Counted from the first letter of the stretch, positions 8,924 to 21,730 are shown. The stretch: 64,000 bases of DNA from Guillardia theta CCMP2712 (GCF_000315625.1 NW_005434518.1:19566-83565); one strand, 5' to 3'. The notes: generated from the sequence alone by a model not told the origin. Numbers and translations are program-made.

Positions 8924-11900
8924 ATGGGCAAGAAAAATTGGGAGAGAAATTCAAAATTTCCAGAGACAACTAAATCAGAAGCTCCCAAAACAAGATCAGT
9001 CTTCTCGAATGAGAGGACTCAAAACCACGAGCTTGAAAGCAAGAAGGAGTCAAAACCCAGTAAGACTAGAGGTTCTAGCCAAACACATCTTTCTGCAAAG
9101 AAGAACTCAATAGGTGCGTCCGTTGACTTGAGGAGGTGGTAATCACCGTCATGCGCAGATGAGGAGGGTAATGCAAGGAGAGATTCATTGAGGAAGACGC
9201 GAAATAGCGCCAGCAGCAGCAAAAGCACGTCTGAGCCTGACCCTGGGTGAGAATGATTCAATACATGTGAAGGAGACCTTTGCTTATTTAGTCTCAGGTT
9301 AACGGACGGTGCGAACAAAGAAGAACTGACGGAAGTGATAACAGAAGTAGTGTATCTGTCTCCGCACGATGAAGAATCAGACAAGGACTTCGAGTTTCTG
9401 ATTGAAGATGATCAGAAGGAATCAGGATCTCGCACAAAGTACCCGCCATGGCCCTACTTTGTGAACTGTAGAGTTGAAGCCCTGTATGATGATGGGATTT
9501 GGTATCAGGGAATACTCAAAGATGGACCCAAAGGCACTGGCAGCCACGAGGAGAAGCTCTTTCAGATTATCTTCGATGACGGTGAAGAAATTTGGACGGA
9601 GCTTCCAGCTGATGATATTAGAATGGTGGAGGCTGTTCCAAAGAAAGGGCTCAAAGTGTTTGTGTATCTTGATGCAAGTAGGTCCTCCAAGAAGTCGGCC
9701 ATCCTTTATCAGAGCCATGACAACTTGCATGTCAAGGTTGGAGGAAAGAGCTGCTCGCTCACATCCTTTTGTGCTATGGATGATGCATCGCAACCTCAAC
9801 CGCATCCTTATGATGCTGTCTGGGTGGCACAATCCCCTGAGCTGTCGCTGCTTCAATACTTCCAAAAAGCCTTCGGTGGGGAATGCGAGGCTGTGCAAGG
9901 AGAACAAAGTATTCCGGATTCTTCTGCTCAACCAAAGCTGATTCCTGGTCAAGAAGCTCCAATGTCAAAACGGAGCCTCTTGCCGAAAGATTGGAAAGTA
10001 TTGGTCAAGGATGATAATAGCCATTACAACTACATCGCTCCAGACGGAACAATCTTTTCGAACCTGCGCAGTGCTTTGACGTATGCTGGTAAGCATGAAG
10101 CAGATGAAATCTCAGCATCGGAGCCTCGAATGAAGAGCAGTGCAGAAGAGCAGACTGAAAGTATTTCCAACTCTCAATCGTTGAACAGTAAGGAAGCCAA
10201 AAGAGACCAGAATCAAAGGGATACGAGTGAGCACGAAAAGAATATCAAGTTTGAGACTGAAGTGAAGAGAAAAGGCAAGGCCAAGAATGTAGATTCAAAA
10301 GATTCAGACAAATCTGCTCAAGATGATACAAGAGATGATATGGAGGTTGTAACACGATCTTTGCGAAAGAGAACAAAAGGAACACCTTCCAACGAATCTT
10401 CTTCCAAGAATGTACTTGAAGTACAATCAGCTCCTGCAACCCAGTCCTTCCAAGCCACCAGTTCTGAAAATGCTGTCCAGTCAGAAGAGACAGTCAGACC
10501 TCAAGAAGATAGACCTGCTTCAGACGCCATACCCCAGACGAAGGTGATTCTGTTCGAAGAAGACGTGGATGTCGAAGAGATGGACAAGTCGTCGGCAGCA
10601 GACGGGAAGGATTCTGAGCACCAGTCGGATCTAGAAGACGAAAGCGAATTTGAAGGAGTCATTGAAGAAATAGAAGCTGAAGATGATGCTGGCCAAGGTC
10701 AGGAAGGAAGTTTCATCGAAGAGGTGGAAGTAGACGAGAGCTCTGAAACCTCGACCTTGGCCGTCGAGCAAGGAGCTTCTGAAGACACCCAAGAAAACGA
10801 CAAGTCGGTAGAAGACGATTCTGTTACCAAGGGTACGGCTGCCAACCAGCGGCAGTTCAATGTCGGAGATTTTGTCTCTGTAGAAGATTGCACAAAGAGA
10901 TGGTGTACGTGCGAAATTTTGAAGAAAATTGACGGGAAGGTGAAAGTACATTACATCAATTGGAGTAGCGACTGGGATGAATGGATTGACGTGACGTCAG
11001 ACAGGATACAGGAAAGCGATGTGATTATCGACAATGGAAAGAGAAAGTCTTCCAAAATATCCAAAGAATCTGCTGCCATAAAAAAGCCAAAGCCAAAAAC
11101 AATCAAACCTAGGATAGACAGGATTCCCAACTTTGAAGAGAAACAGTCATGGGTATGTTCAGTAGACATGAAGAAGGGATTTGCCAACGGGAACAGATAC
11201 ATCGGAGAACAGGTTCGCATCCGAGACAGGACACATGGTCTTTTGCGTGGTGCAATCGATGACTTTGACGAGCGAGGGTTTCACGTGGCTATCGAGGGTG
11301 ACATGGAAAACCGCTGGATTCGTTTGCCAGATCCAGATGTCGACTTTCTACAGATAGTAGCAGCACGGCCCGAAGTAAACCAGTATCCAAGGAGGACGAA
11401 CCGCCTTTCCTTTGTATGTACAGGCTGTGAGAAACAGTTTCAGACAAAGCAAGGTCTGCACTTCCATATTTCTCGCTCAGAAGAGTGCCAGAATGTATTT
11501 TATAACCTGAACATCCCACTTCCTCCTGGAATCGCATGGAAAATTTCCAAGAAGAACAACCAAAAGAGCAGAACCAGCACCAGTCTTGCATCGGCATCAT
11601 CAGGACCTTTGCACTCAAAACCCAGTGAGTTGCACAAAAGCGCCTTCAAGCAAAAGAAGAGGAAAAGTGACCTGGAGATTTCGGACATTGAGAAACGACA
11701 AAAGGTTTTGTCAAGTGAATCATTCGCATTCGTCTCAAGTCCTCAGATCAAAGACAACTCTTCATCCAGGGCGAGTAACGGACGGTCCATCGCTTCTTTG
11801 GTCATAGCAGAAGTTCTCAGAAGGAGGGCCACAGGTGAATGTCATGATGTTTTTCAGCATCAAGTTATGTGCGTTGAAGGCGAAATGATACCGAACAACT

Positions 11901-12424
11901 TGCAAGCCCTTGCAGAAGTTGTGCGTCAGCCGATACAAAGTAGCTGTTTGACATGGACAGGACCACCAGGAACGGTAACTCGGTTCGCAGGCTCAAACAA
12001 AGCTCCAAAAGCAGTATCTTCAGCTGTTTCATCGACAAACAAGGTGGGAGCTGCGGCTCTCGTCTCTTGATTGTGACTTTGCTGCAGCCTGAGCCACGAG
12101 AACCTGCTAGGAAAGCCTGTGTGCTAGAGCCCCTGAGGTCACTCTACACTCGTTGGTCCAGCAAAATTTCCTTGACTCGCACTTGGCAGGGGCTCTCAAG
12201 CTAGGCAAGCCATCGCTCAATTCTTGGAGAAGAACAACTATTTCGGGATGGCAGATTTGAAGGTTTTCATATATTGTGCTTGCTTGGCTGAGTATGAAGA
12301 TTTGGTTTACAGCAGGTTCTCAGTCAAAAGTTTAGATTTCAGAAAATTGCGTTCTCTTAAAGAAAAACCATTGAAGGCACTTGGAACGTTTGCCGTGCTC
12401 GAAAGAATCGAATCAGTGGAGTGA
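8924..12424 (+). CDS. Multi-exon chromatin-reader-like protein: Tudor + MBD-like + Tudor-knot/chromo-barrel + Tudor-like + C2H2 zinc finger (3' end approximate)
   Basis: 911-aa open frame 9335-12070 contains RVEALYDDGIWYQG..IIFDDGE (Tudor), LPKDWKV..YIAPDGTIFSNL (MBD-like), FNVGDFV..VKVHYINWSSDWDEWI (Tudor-knot) and CTGCEKQFQTKQGLHFH (C2H2-like). First intron 9114-9158 (GT-AG). Confidence 0.8.
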
Positions 12425-12477
12425 TAGAAGCTTTATGATGACAACACAATCTCAGGGCGAAGCGTGAAGCAAGTGTT

Positions 12478-13461
12478 CTAGACAGGTTCCCGCCGGGAGC
12501 TCGTGGAAATTCGTGGGGTTGTGCTCTGGAAGTTTGCCAGCAAGTCCAGTGGGTCCAAACCTGCAGCATCCGCTCAGAACATGCAGGAGGGCGAGGGAGT
12601 CCGATGAAGCTCGCCTCCTTGCTCAGCTCTCTTCTCGCACCACTGCTCCACGGCATCGACCTGTGGCCATGCAAGCGCAGCTCAACGAGGTAGTGAGGAG
12701 CTGAGAACGATGGGCCACCTGATAGATGAAATCCGCGACTTCTCTGTGCCCTGCTCGTTGCGCAACCTCCTGAGCAGTCATGTTCATCAAGCCCTTGGCT
12801 CTGATGGATGTTGTGGCTCCGTTCTTGATCAGCTCAGTGACAGCATCGAGGTGACCTTGAGGTAAGATGCGTCACGAGTGCGGCACGAGAGTTGATATGG
12901 TAGAGACGAGGAGGAGAGGAGAAGGGGAGGAGGAGAGGGAAACAGTGTGTACACATCACAGGACGGGGAAACGAGTGAGAAAGGGAGAGGAGAGGAGAGG
13001 AGAGGAGAGGAGAGGAGAGGAGAGGAGAGGAGAGGAGAGGAGAGGAGAGGAGAGGAGAGGAGAGGAGAGGAGAGGAGAGGAGAGGAGAGGAGAGGAGAGG
13101 AGAGGAGAGGAGAGGAGAGGAGAGGAGAGGAGAGGAGAGGGGCAAGGGTAAGCCTAGCACCTTCTTTCGCGGCGAAATGCAGAGCTGTCAGACCCCTCTC
13201 ATCGACCATGTCCACGTCTACCCCCTACGGTCACGTCAGGCACAAGACTGGTGGAGGCTCATCAACCTTGTCCAGCTCGAACTTGATGCCCGGCAATGAA
13301 CCTCGGTACGCCGACGAGTGGAGCGCGGTTGTTGGGATGAAGCTAGTGGCGTCGGAGTATCAGGCCTTCCCACGTCGCCTCCTCCTGCTCTCTCACCTGC
13401 TCTCGTAAGGGGTTCTGCTGTCGCAGCAAGCTGTCATCGGCTTGCATGCCTCGGCCCCCAT
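12478..13461 (-). CDS. Small multi-exon ankyrin-repeat protein with MG..C..CC N-terminus (possible myristoylation/palmitoylation)
   Basis: Spliced translation MGAEACKPMTACC..TALHSSAYRG..VDMVDERGLTALHFAAKEGHLDAVTELIKNGA..MTAQEVAQRAGHREVADFI. Confidence 0.8.
12985..13140. repeat. (AGAGG)n intronic microsatellite
   Basis: Perfect pentamer run inside an ankyrin-gene intron. Confidence 0.95.
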
Positions 13462-15125
13462 GTCCCCCGCTTGTCAGTCTCAGCCTCGCCTGCCCTCACA
13501 CATTCGTTACAGACAACCCAGAAACAACCAAGGTCCTCATCAAGGAATGTAGGAACTGTCAACTTAGTTTGCATACAACGAAATATCCACAACATCCACA
13601 GTCTCATAAATCGTTGTCATCATCTCTGTTGGTTTCCAATCAACGTTTTTGTTCAGCTCTCGCCTTTCTTCACCGCGATTGCAAAACAAACGCATAAGTG
13701 CCGAAAGAAGTTCTCGCGAAGAACTGAAATACTTCCTCCTCGCCTTTCCACTCTCCTCGACTTTTATCCTCAACTACCTCTTCTCCTCTGTCCTGTCCTG
13801 CCTTTTGTCCTCAATGTATCTGTTCAGTCTCCCCTCCCGTCTTGGTTCATTTTCTAATACTCAAGACCTCTCTGAACCTCTCCACTTGCGATCCAAGTGT
13901 TCAGCATCAAAGACTTCCAACCCCCTTCAGACATGAGCGGCTGACGTCCATAACCGCCTTTTCTTCCCTCATAGCACCATTGAAGCAGGTGATCTCTCAA
14001 CGTTGAGAGATGGTCGTCCCCTCAGTCGGGTCTCTTTCTTCCGCCCGCACGGTGCTCCTCACTGAGTCAGTCACAACTAAGCTTCGCCGTTCAGAGTCGC
14101 CGAGTCGGAGTCGAGCTCCTGCCAGCACTCGCTGTGCTCCTGCTCCTGCTCCTGGAGTACTGCTTCCTGCTCGAGCTCCTGCTCCTGTACCTGCCGTTCA
14201 TCTGCTCCTGCGCACCACCATTGGTACGGACTCCGGTCACTGGTGACCCGCCCCGCCGTAGGGCAGTCAACACATATGTAACGCTTACGGTTACGAACGG
14301 TTTCATTTAATGTAGCTGATCTGTAACGGGCCAATGGGTTTTATAGTTTTATAAAAGGCTCCTCAGATTTCTTTGGTTGAGAAAAACATTTGTATAGACT
14401 CTTAAAACATATGAAATGATTAATAGTGCAAAATTAAATTCAACTTATAAGTACACTACGAATTGTCTCTTTTTTAAAACTATAAAATATTTTTTAACTT
14501 TATAAGGTTCCTCCCGCACCCTGTCAGCCCTGACACCCCATTTTAGTACCCCACCCCTTCCCCATTAGTACCCCCGAATACCCAGTACCCTTCCCACTCA
14601 TCTGTCAGGACCCCTAGTTTCTACATCCCCCTCCCTCGATTCCAAATTCAGCCCATCCCCATCCTTGCTACCGGTCCTTTCTACTTCTATCACCCCCTTG
14701 CTTCTCCATGTAGAGGTACCCCTACAGGTGTAGTACCCCCACCCCTTCCTCCTCCACCCAGGCGACTCTCCCCCTAGGAGCAGCCTCCGTTCCTCCCTCC
14801 AGGCTCCCTCCTCTCCCTTCCCTCCTCCTCCTCCCTCACTCGTGCAGTTTCCATCCTTGCTCTCGATCTTGCGATCCTTCATACAGGTGCTTCTCAGCGC
14901 CCGATCGCTCCTACACAGTACATCAGATCGCTGTTCCCTTGCTCGTTGCTGTGCACATGCACCACTGAGGGAACGTTGGCATCCTTCGCTCGTGGATCCT
15001 TGGAACAGGATCCCCTCGCTCTTGAAGGCTCGAGGCGAGCTCGAGCATCCTGCAGCAACATCTAGCTCCTCCATCGACTCTTGAGAGACACCAGCGAGAG
15101 GGTCCGCGTGCAGCGTCATAGGAGA

Positions 15126-16153
15126 ATGCCACGGTTCGACCACATCGCACTGACTTCAACAGCGATCTTGATCGCCGTCATCCTGCAGAGCAGCCATGCT
15201 GTTGCAAAGCTCCTTGTTGCCTTTCCTGACCCCAGAGTGCATCCTGTGGCGTGCGGACGGGTGGGTCTCAAGTCCTCTCTAGTTTGCGACCCCTCCGGGA
15301 TTCTCACCTCAGGGGGGCAAGACAAGGTCGACATGGTAGCCAGGTAAGAGAGCAAGAAGATGCCGGCTTGCAACAGTCCTTGACATCTGCCTTGAACAGG
15401 AGCGTGTCATCGCAGATCCTCTCAGCAGCCGTCGTGGTGATGCCCAAGGCAAACGTGGGAGCTCCCAACTCCACTGGCTCCTTCCACTGCAACGATGCGG
15501 CCAAGCACAAGGCCGAGAGGATCCTGACGTCCTGGGGGAACGGTCTCACGGTGCTGATCCTTGCATCCAAGGATGATCGGCAGTTCTGCATCGTCCAGCA
15601 GAACCCCAAGTCAGAGCTCGTGAAGAAGGAGGACGTGGATCATATCTACAAAGTAGTCGAGGAGCTGCTCTCCGTGCAGAACCAGGTGACCATGGATCTG
15701 CTGGATAGTGCGATCATATCAGCGCTGCTGAGACTGTGGGAGAGATCGACGGTGGATAAGGCACATGCTCACATGAAGGTTATGCGCCCCTCTAACAGGG
15801 AGCTCATGCAAATGTTCATCGCTCAGTGCATTCCTTTCATCGGGTTCGGCATCACCGACAACGGCCTAATGATAATCTTCGGTGAAGCCATCGAGCAGTT
15901 CCTTGGTAAGCTGATGGGCCTCTCCACCATGGGAGCAGCTGCCACCGGCAACCTCCTCTCGGACATTGCAGGGATTTTCCTGGGAGGACAAGTCCAGGCC
16001 ATCGCTTCTCGTCTCGGGGCAGCCGAGCCGGACCTGACGCTAGAGCAGAGGAGTTTGACCATTACAAGAACGTGCAAGCAGCTGGGAGAGACGGTCGGCA
16101 TCACGATTGGGTGTATCATCGGCATGGCTCCCCTGCTCTACATGGAGAAGTGA
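15126..16153 (+). CDS. Signal peptide + TPM/MOLO-1-like domain fused to a TMEM65 domain (2 exons; intron 15344-15399)
   Basis: Hydrophobic N-terminus; FPDPRVHPVACGR..VCDPSGILTS..; ILTSWGNGLTVLILASKDDRQFCI (TPM-like); C-terminal IPFIGFGITDNGLMI..LSTMGAAATGNLLSDIAG..GITIGCIIGMAPL (TMEM65 signature). Confidence 0.82.
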
Positions 16154-16479
16154 GTTTGTTTCCCCGTGTTGACCCGTTTTCATCCTGATAGTTCTGAATT
16201 AGGGGGCAACCCGCCCTTGAAGTCGATTCTCCTCCCGTGTCTGATGGTATTCATTCTGCGCCTTCCATTTATGGTACATCTTGACACTGTTTTACAGTGA
16301 GTCTGCATGGAGACAGGCCCAACATCATGCAAATCAAGAGCCAAGATGGTTTTTCAGCTTGAAGGGAGTACCTTTTTTTCTTTGCAAATACCGAAGTACT
16401 ATTCGGAATCACATCAGACCTGAACTCGACAACTTCGGCCAGTTAAAGCCACCCCGCGCTGTCTACCGTAGTTGCCAGT

Positions 16480-17160
16480 GAACTTCCCGGCGAACTTCCG
16501 AAGTTCGGAAGGTCGGAACTTCGGAAACTCCGGCAGAGTCAGAGCACGCCGGTCGCCGCGCCGAGCCTTGTCATCATCCGAGCCCCGGGGCCGCGTCCGG
16601 CGGCCGCGGCAACTTCAATAGTAGTCAACCAATCATTTCGGGGGCTGAGGGACTCGGCAGTCACCCGGCGGCGATCATCGGAACGGCCGGTGACCCGGTA
16701 CCGTACGGCGGCAGGCGCGGCCGGGCCCCAGTGAGCGGCCCCGGCCCGGTGCGTGATCGGACGGTGATCGGACTCTCAGTCTGTGAACTGACGCCGCTGA
16801 GTCGGATCTGATCGGACGCCCGTCCGGCCGGGCCCGGCCGGGGCGGGCGGGCGGGCGGCCGTGTGAGCCCCGGGCCCGGCCCCGGCGCCGAGTCCGCCGG
16901 GCGCTGAGCCTCCGAGGCTCGGCCGGGCGAGTCGAGTGAGGCGCCGGGAGTCACTGCCGCTGGCTGAGGTGGCACCGGGCCCGGTCCGACGGACTCGGAC
17001 CCGGCGTTACTTGGCCGTCGGGAGTCAACGTGACGGTCGTCGGCGTGCCGGTCCGACCGTCGTCGGCGGGCCGTCGGCGTGTCACTGAGTGTCGTCGGCG
17101 GCCCGGCCGAACGGTCGGCGGGCCGCCGTCGGCCTCGGCGGCCCAGCCCGCCTACCTTTA
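16480..17160. repeat. Intergenic GC/CpG-rich palindromic island (CCGGG/CCCGG, TGAGTC/GACTC, degenerate GTCGTCGGCG repeats)
   Basis: Composition and motifs seen directly; similar islands at ~21982-22240 and ~26670-26800. Confidence 0.7.
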
Positions 17161-18160
17161 TAAGGGCCGATCAGTTTTAAACTGTAAAAATTGAGGAAGG
17201 GTCGGAAGGCCAAGGGACTCCCGATCACAACCTTCCATCCTAAAATATGTTTTAGATTGCTCGTGCAATCAGTTGTCTGAATTTTAAAAAAGTCAAACGT
17301 TGTCTTTTGAAGGAGTCGACTGGCAGTCCTGATGGTATCCGGATTGATCTCAGTACTGGTAAACTAAAAGCTGAAGCGACGTGTATTTGATCTCCGCATT
17401 ACCAGAGTCATCTGTACCGGAAACTCAACATATAAGTAAGTGTATAACTATTTGAATATTAGGTACATTTACTTTTACGTTTTGTGACTCCCACTATGTT
17501 TCTTATAGAACTTATATGTGTTTTGTAGAGTATGGGTATAGATTGGAGGCTACCATTTTCAAGAAAAGAGTTTTATCACTACGACTCTTATCAAATTATC
17601 TATATATGTTTCTTTTCATGGTAGAAGAAGTCATAAGATACAGAATATTTTGATTTCTTTTGCCTACAATATTTGTACCAAATATCTTTATATAATTATT
17701 TGTTCATTACAAGAAACCCTGAGTTTAAAACATCTCGTGCTAAAATATCAAGTGTACAAGAACTTTTACGTAAGCCGAGGGGGTAGGGGTGGGTGGGGGC
17801 CGCTGCAAGAGAGTCACTTATAGGGTAGGGGTACTTAGAATAAGGGTCATGCTATATCATGGGTGGGTAATTTCTGTCTCGAATTTCCTATATTTGTGGG
17901 TGGGGTAATCTGAATTTGATATGGAGAAGGTGGGGGTGTACTAGCCACGGGTAGTCCACAGTTCTGCTTTGTTGGCGGGACTGGCTCTGCTGCTGCTGCT
18001 GCTCTCCTCCTCTTCCTCCCCTTCTCCCCTCGTTCGTTCTTGCCGTGCCGCTCCTACTGATCATCGTTCCTTCGTCCTCGATCGAATCCTCTCCTTCTCT
18101 TCTCGTCCTTCACCCAAGGCGGTCTGTGTGAATCAGATCACCTCACCCATCTCACTCACC

Positions 18161-19736
18161 ATGGGTGTGGACGAACCTATCCTCCCCAAAGAGCTCGACT
18201 GGTCTCGGACGCCCTTAAACAATGCGTGCGAGAGCTCTTGGTTGCACATTGATGGAGACTCGCTCCACGCAGAGTTAGGAGGTGAGTCTTCTGTGTTCCT
18301 TTGCCCGCAAGCATCGGCACTGACACCGTATTGTGCGTTTGCTCTCCAGGGCCAAATGAACTCTTCTGCTTCGAGGAAAACTTGGAGGGGTCGCTGAGCT
18401 GCGACATGGATGGCTGGGCTGAGCTGGACAGCGGGACCGTCATCGACCCCATCGAGCAGGTAATTAATTCTCCCTCTTGTGATCCCACCCCGCTCTCTAG
18501 TTCGATACCTATTTAACGGGTCGTTCTATGGGCCTTGTGGTCCCTCTTGCTGGCTGTAGTTCATTTTCCGTGGCTGGAAACGTGTAGATGGAATCGGGCA
18601 GCTGGCAATGGGAGGACGACGCGGCGCCGAGCGCTCCAGGGCTCCAAGAGCGAGAAGCTGCAAGGCCCAGGACAATGGGGTGCCCTGCTGGAAGCGCCAT
18701 GGCGCACGCCCCCGCGATTCTGAGGCTTCAGGCACCCAAAGCGAATGCATGTGCTGGTCGGTCCTTGAGTACCAATCTTAAGCCCATGTCCTTTGGTCAC
18801 CTTGGGAGCCTAAATCAGCAGAGCAAGGCTCGCCAAGGTGAAAACTTGAATATGGGATGCCCAAGAGTGAATCTTTCGTGCAGAGCTGAAGGATCTTGTT
18901 AAGATAGAAGCCACAGAAACTCATGCAGCAAGAAAAGGAAGCATGGTTATGCATTTTGCAAACCACCCGATTCGCGCTGCTCAGGCAACCACAAAGCACA
19001 GTTTGAATGCTTCCTTAGAGGTGTGCCTTGCTGTTTCGAATTCTCATCATTGAAACCGTGACCTTGATCAGAAATTCTCGGCCCACATCCCCAGCAACAT
19101 AGGTGGGAGCTTGCCGGAGAAACTAGCGGCTGCAGGCAACAAGGGGCTGGTCGTTGAAGAGCGTGCGAAACGAAGCAGGCCATTGTGCATCACCTACTGC
19201 GACGGCATGAGGTCTGTACTGCCTGCTCGCACTGTGATGGACTCACTCTCTGCTCGCAGCAGCTCCAAGGATGTATCTTCCTACCGCCAACCCAAACAGC
19301 CCAAGATCTCGGAGAAGCTGCTGTGCAAGCCCAGGTCATACGCCCCTGCTAGAGTCGACATGGCTGCCGGCACTTTACTATCACATAGCCATGAGTGGAC
19401 CGACAGCTCGGTCACAGTCCTGCCGACTTGCAAGTTTGTGAGCAAACGTGTTGGCACAACCTGTGAGCATCCTCCGATCAAGTCACTGCACAAGAGAGGA
19501 CATCTCTCTGTTGCTTGCTCAGCCGGTCACCAGGTGGGCTTGTGCCACTGTATCTTGAGCTGAGGTCTGACTGTGGTGTGCTGCAGTGGGTATGGTGTGC
19601 CGAGTGCTGTAATTGTACGAGGAGCTGTACCGCAGACGGGCAGAGGAAGCGGGGTTGCACCAATCCAGTGCACTGGTTCGAAAGAGACGCGTTCGATACT
19701 GGCAAGAGGAACCACATGAATAGGCATCGCAAGTGA
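18161..19736 (+). CDS. Multi-exon hypothetical protein with a C-terminal Cys/His-rich putative zinc-binding domain
   Basis: ccATG at 18161 and several short GT-AG introns; C-terminus CKFVSKRVGTTCEHP..HKRGHLSVACSAGHQ|WVWCAECCNCTRSC..GCTNPVHWFERDAFDTGKRNHMNRHRK*. Confidence 0.6.
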
Positions 19737-20065
19737 GTGCGGTACGAGAGCTGAAAACTCTTGAGGCTTTCGTGGAAAGTGGAATAGTGCAATTTGAAAA
19801 TATTATAAAACAAACTTGTTCCTTAAATTTACCGGCCAGAGTCTCATCAGCCGGCAGTTCTGCTCGGACTGCACGTCAGGTACTGTAAGTTTAGGTTCAA
19901 ACTTGTGCCACGACTCGAAAGGCAGGCAGGAGGGTGCCTCAGGTTACTCCGTTACACTGGGCTTGACTGAGAACATGAAATGGTGGCAAACTCATCATTC
20001 TATTAGCGCCGTCAACCTCTAAGAAAGTCCATAGTGTTGTCTATGTCCCTAGTCATCGCAAGCCC

Positions 20066-20990
20066 TTACGTCAAGCGGGAGGAATCCGCAAGCAGCTGCT
20101 GAAGGAAGACAATCGCCATAGCCGGGATGATCGGCCGCACGTGCACAAAGATTCCTCCTCGGTTTCCTCGCGTCACCCGCAAGTCCTGGGTCGCAGGTCA
20201 GGAGTGAGGGAGCGACTGACGTGGTCGACCTTGTCAAGGTAGAGGAAGTCCAGCCAGCCGCCCTTGACACGGAGAGGAAGAGGAATGGTGAGAAAGTTTG
20301 CTATCGTCACCCGAGCATCCGTGATGTCGCAAGAGATTCTCTCCTCCTATGAGAAGATCAATCGTCACAAAATCCTCCTCCCCCTCCCCCTCCTCCTCCC
20401 CCTCCCCCTCCTCCTCCTCCTCCCCCTCCTCCTCCTTCTCAATCTCTCACTCTTATCATAACACAGCAAAGGTTCGTATCTCTCACGTATACTCTCACCT
20501 TGCCGGGGACTGTATCGAACTTCACTGTCGCCTGCAGATCTGCTACACCAGACAGCACAGACGCCTTGTTGTAGAAAACACCCTCCTTCACGTCAAAGTT
20601 AGCAAAAGTCTTGCCGGAGTCCTCCGTTGCTCTCGTGAACTTCTGCAGAGCTGGAGAGTCGCTGGAGTCCTGCTGGAAGACAAGCTGCCACTCCCCGTCG
20701 GCCGTCTGGCTGTCAAACTTGCACTTGGACGCTGAGAGCTCTTGGATGGCGGAGGTGATGTCCTGAAGATAGCTGGGACTCTGCTCGTCGCCTTTGAGGA
20801 TCACGTCCAGCAGCTTCTCCTTGCTTTCCTTGGCGCTTCGCATTGTCAGCGACTGGGCTGCAGATGCTCTAGAGCAGAGCTTGCTGGGCAGGTTTGAGTT
20901 GAGCGTGACCAAGGAGGAGGAGAGGAAACATGAAGCCCCCGGTGCTGACAAGACCGCGAGGAGAGGAGTGAGGATCCGAAGAAGTTTCAT
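20066..20990 (-). CDS. Plastid-targeted PAP/fibrillin family protein (3' end approximate)
   Basis: Signal peptide ending ASC-F plus a Ser/Arg-rich transit region; KEKLLDVI..DGEWQLVF..GWLDFLYLDK|DLRVTRGNRGGIFVH is the PAP_fibrillin motif. Confidence 0.88.
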
Positions 20991-21299
20991 GGTTCAAGAT
21001 GCAGACGAAGAGGTCAGAGAGGGTTGATGGATCCTGCAGAAGGAAGCAATGAGCACTCATGAAGACATGTTGGCCACACAACATGGATCCTCACACATAG
21101 TCCAGGACTCAGTGAAGGATTCAAGAGTTCTCAGGGAAAGAAACATGAAAGATCTAGGGGCATGATGAAAGTTTGAGAGAGGTGGAGAGAAACATGATCA
21201 AGGTGGGGAATTGGACAAGTGTCAGTGGCAGCGGAGGTGGCACTAGTAGGAGGAGAGCGACAAGGTTGTGCGACAAGGAAGGCAAGAATAACAACAAGA

Positions 21300-21692
21300 A
21301 ATAAGTAGCAGCGATGGTGGTAGTAGAAGAAAACATAGTAGTGTTAGTGTTAGTGTCAGTGTTAGTGGTAATGGTAGTGTTAGTGGTAGTGGTGGTGGTA
21401 GTAGTAGTAGTAGAAGAAGAAGAAGAAGAAGAAATGAAATATTCACAAGGAGGTGGAAGTGGTGAAGGTGGTGGAGGAGTGGGATTGGAGGAGAAGAGTG
21501 CAGGGGATTGCAGGGGAGGAGAAAAGGGGAGGAAGAAAGCAGGCTTTGGGAGGAGAGAAGGGGAGGAGCAGGAGCAGGAGCACGAGCACGAGCAGGTGCA
21601 GGAGGAGCAGGAGCAGAAGAGGAAGGGAGTGAAGATAATAGAAGGAGCAGGAGCAGGAGAGGAGCACGAGCAGGAGCAGGGCAGGGGCAGGG

Positions 21693-21730
<38 letters not shown>

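Noticed and set aside
12829-13408. LSSPL/ERRGE repeat proteins
   Set aside because: Translations of the intronic (AGAGG)n tract
14010-14334. Short ORFs around GCTCCT repeats
   Set aside because: Low-complexity, with no coherent gene model
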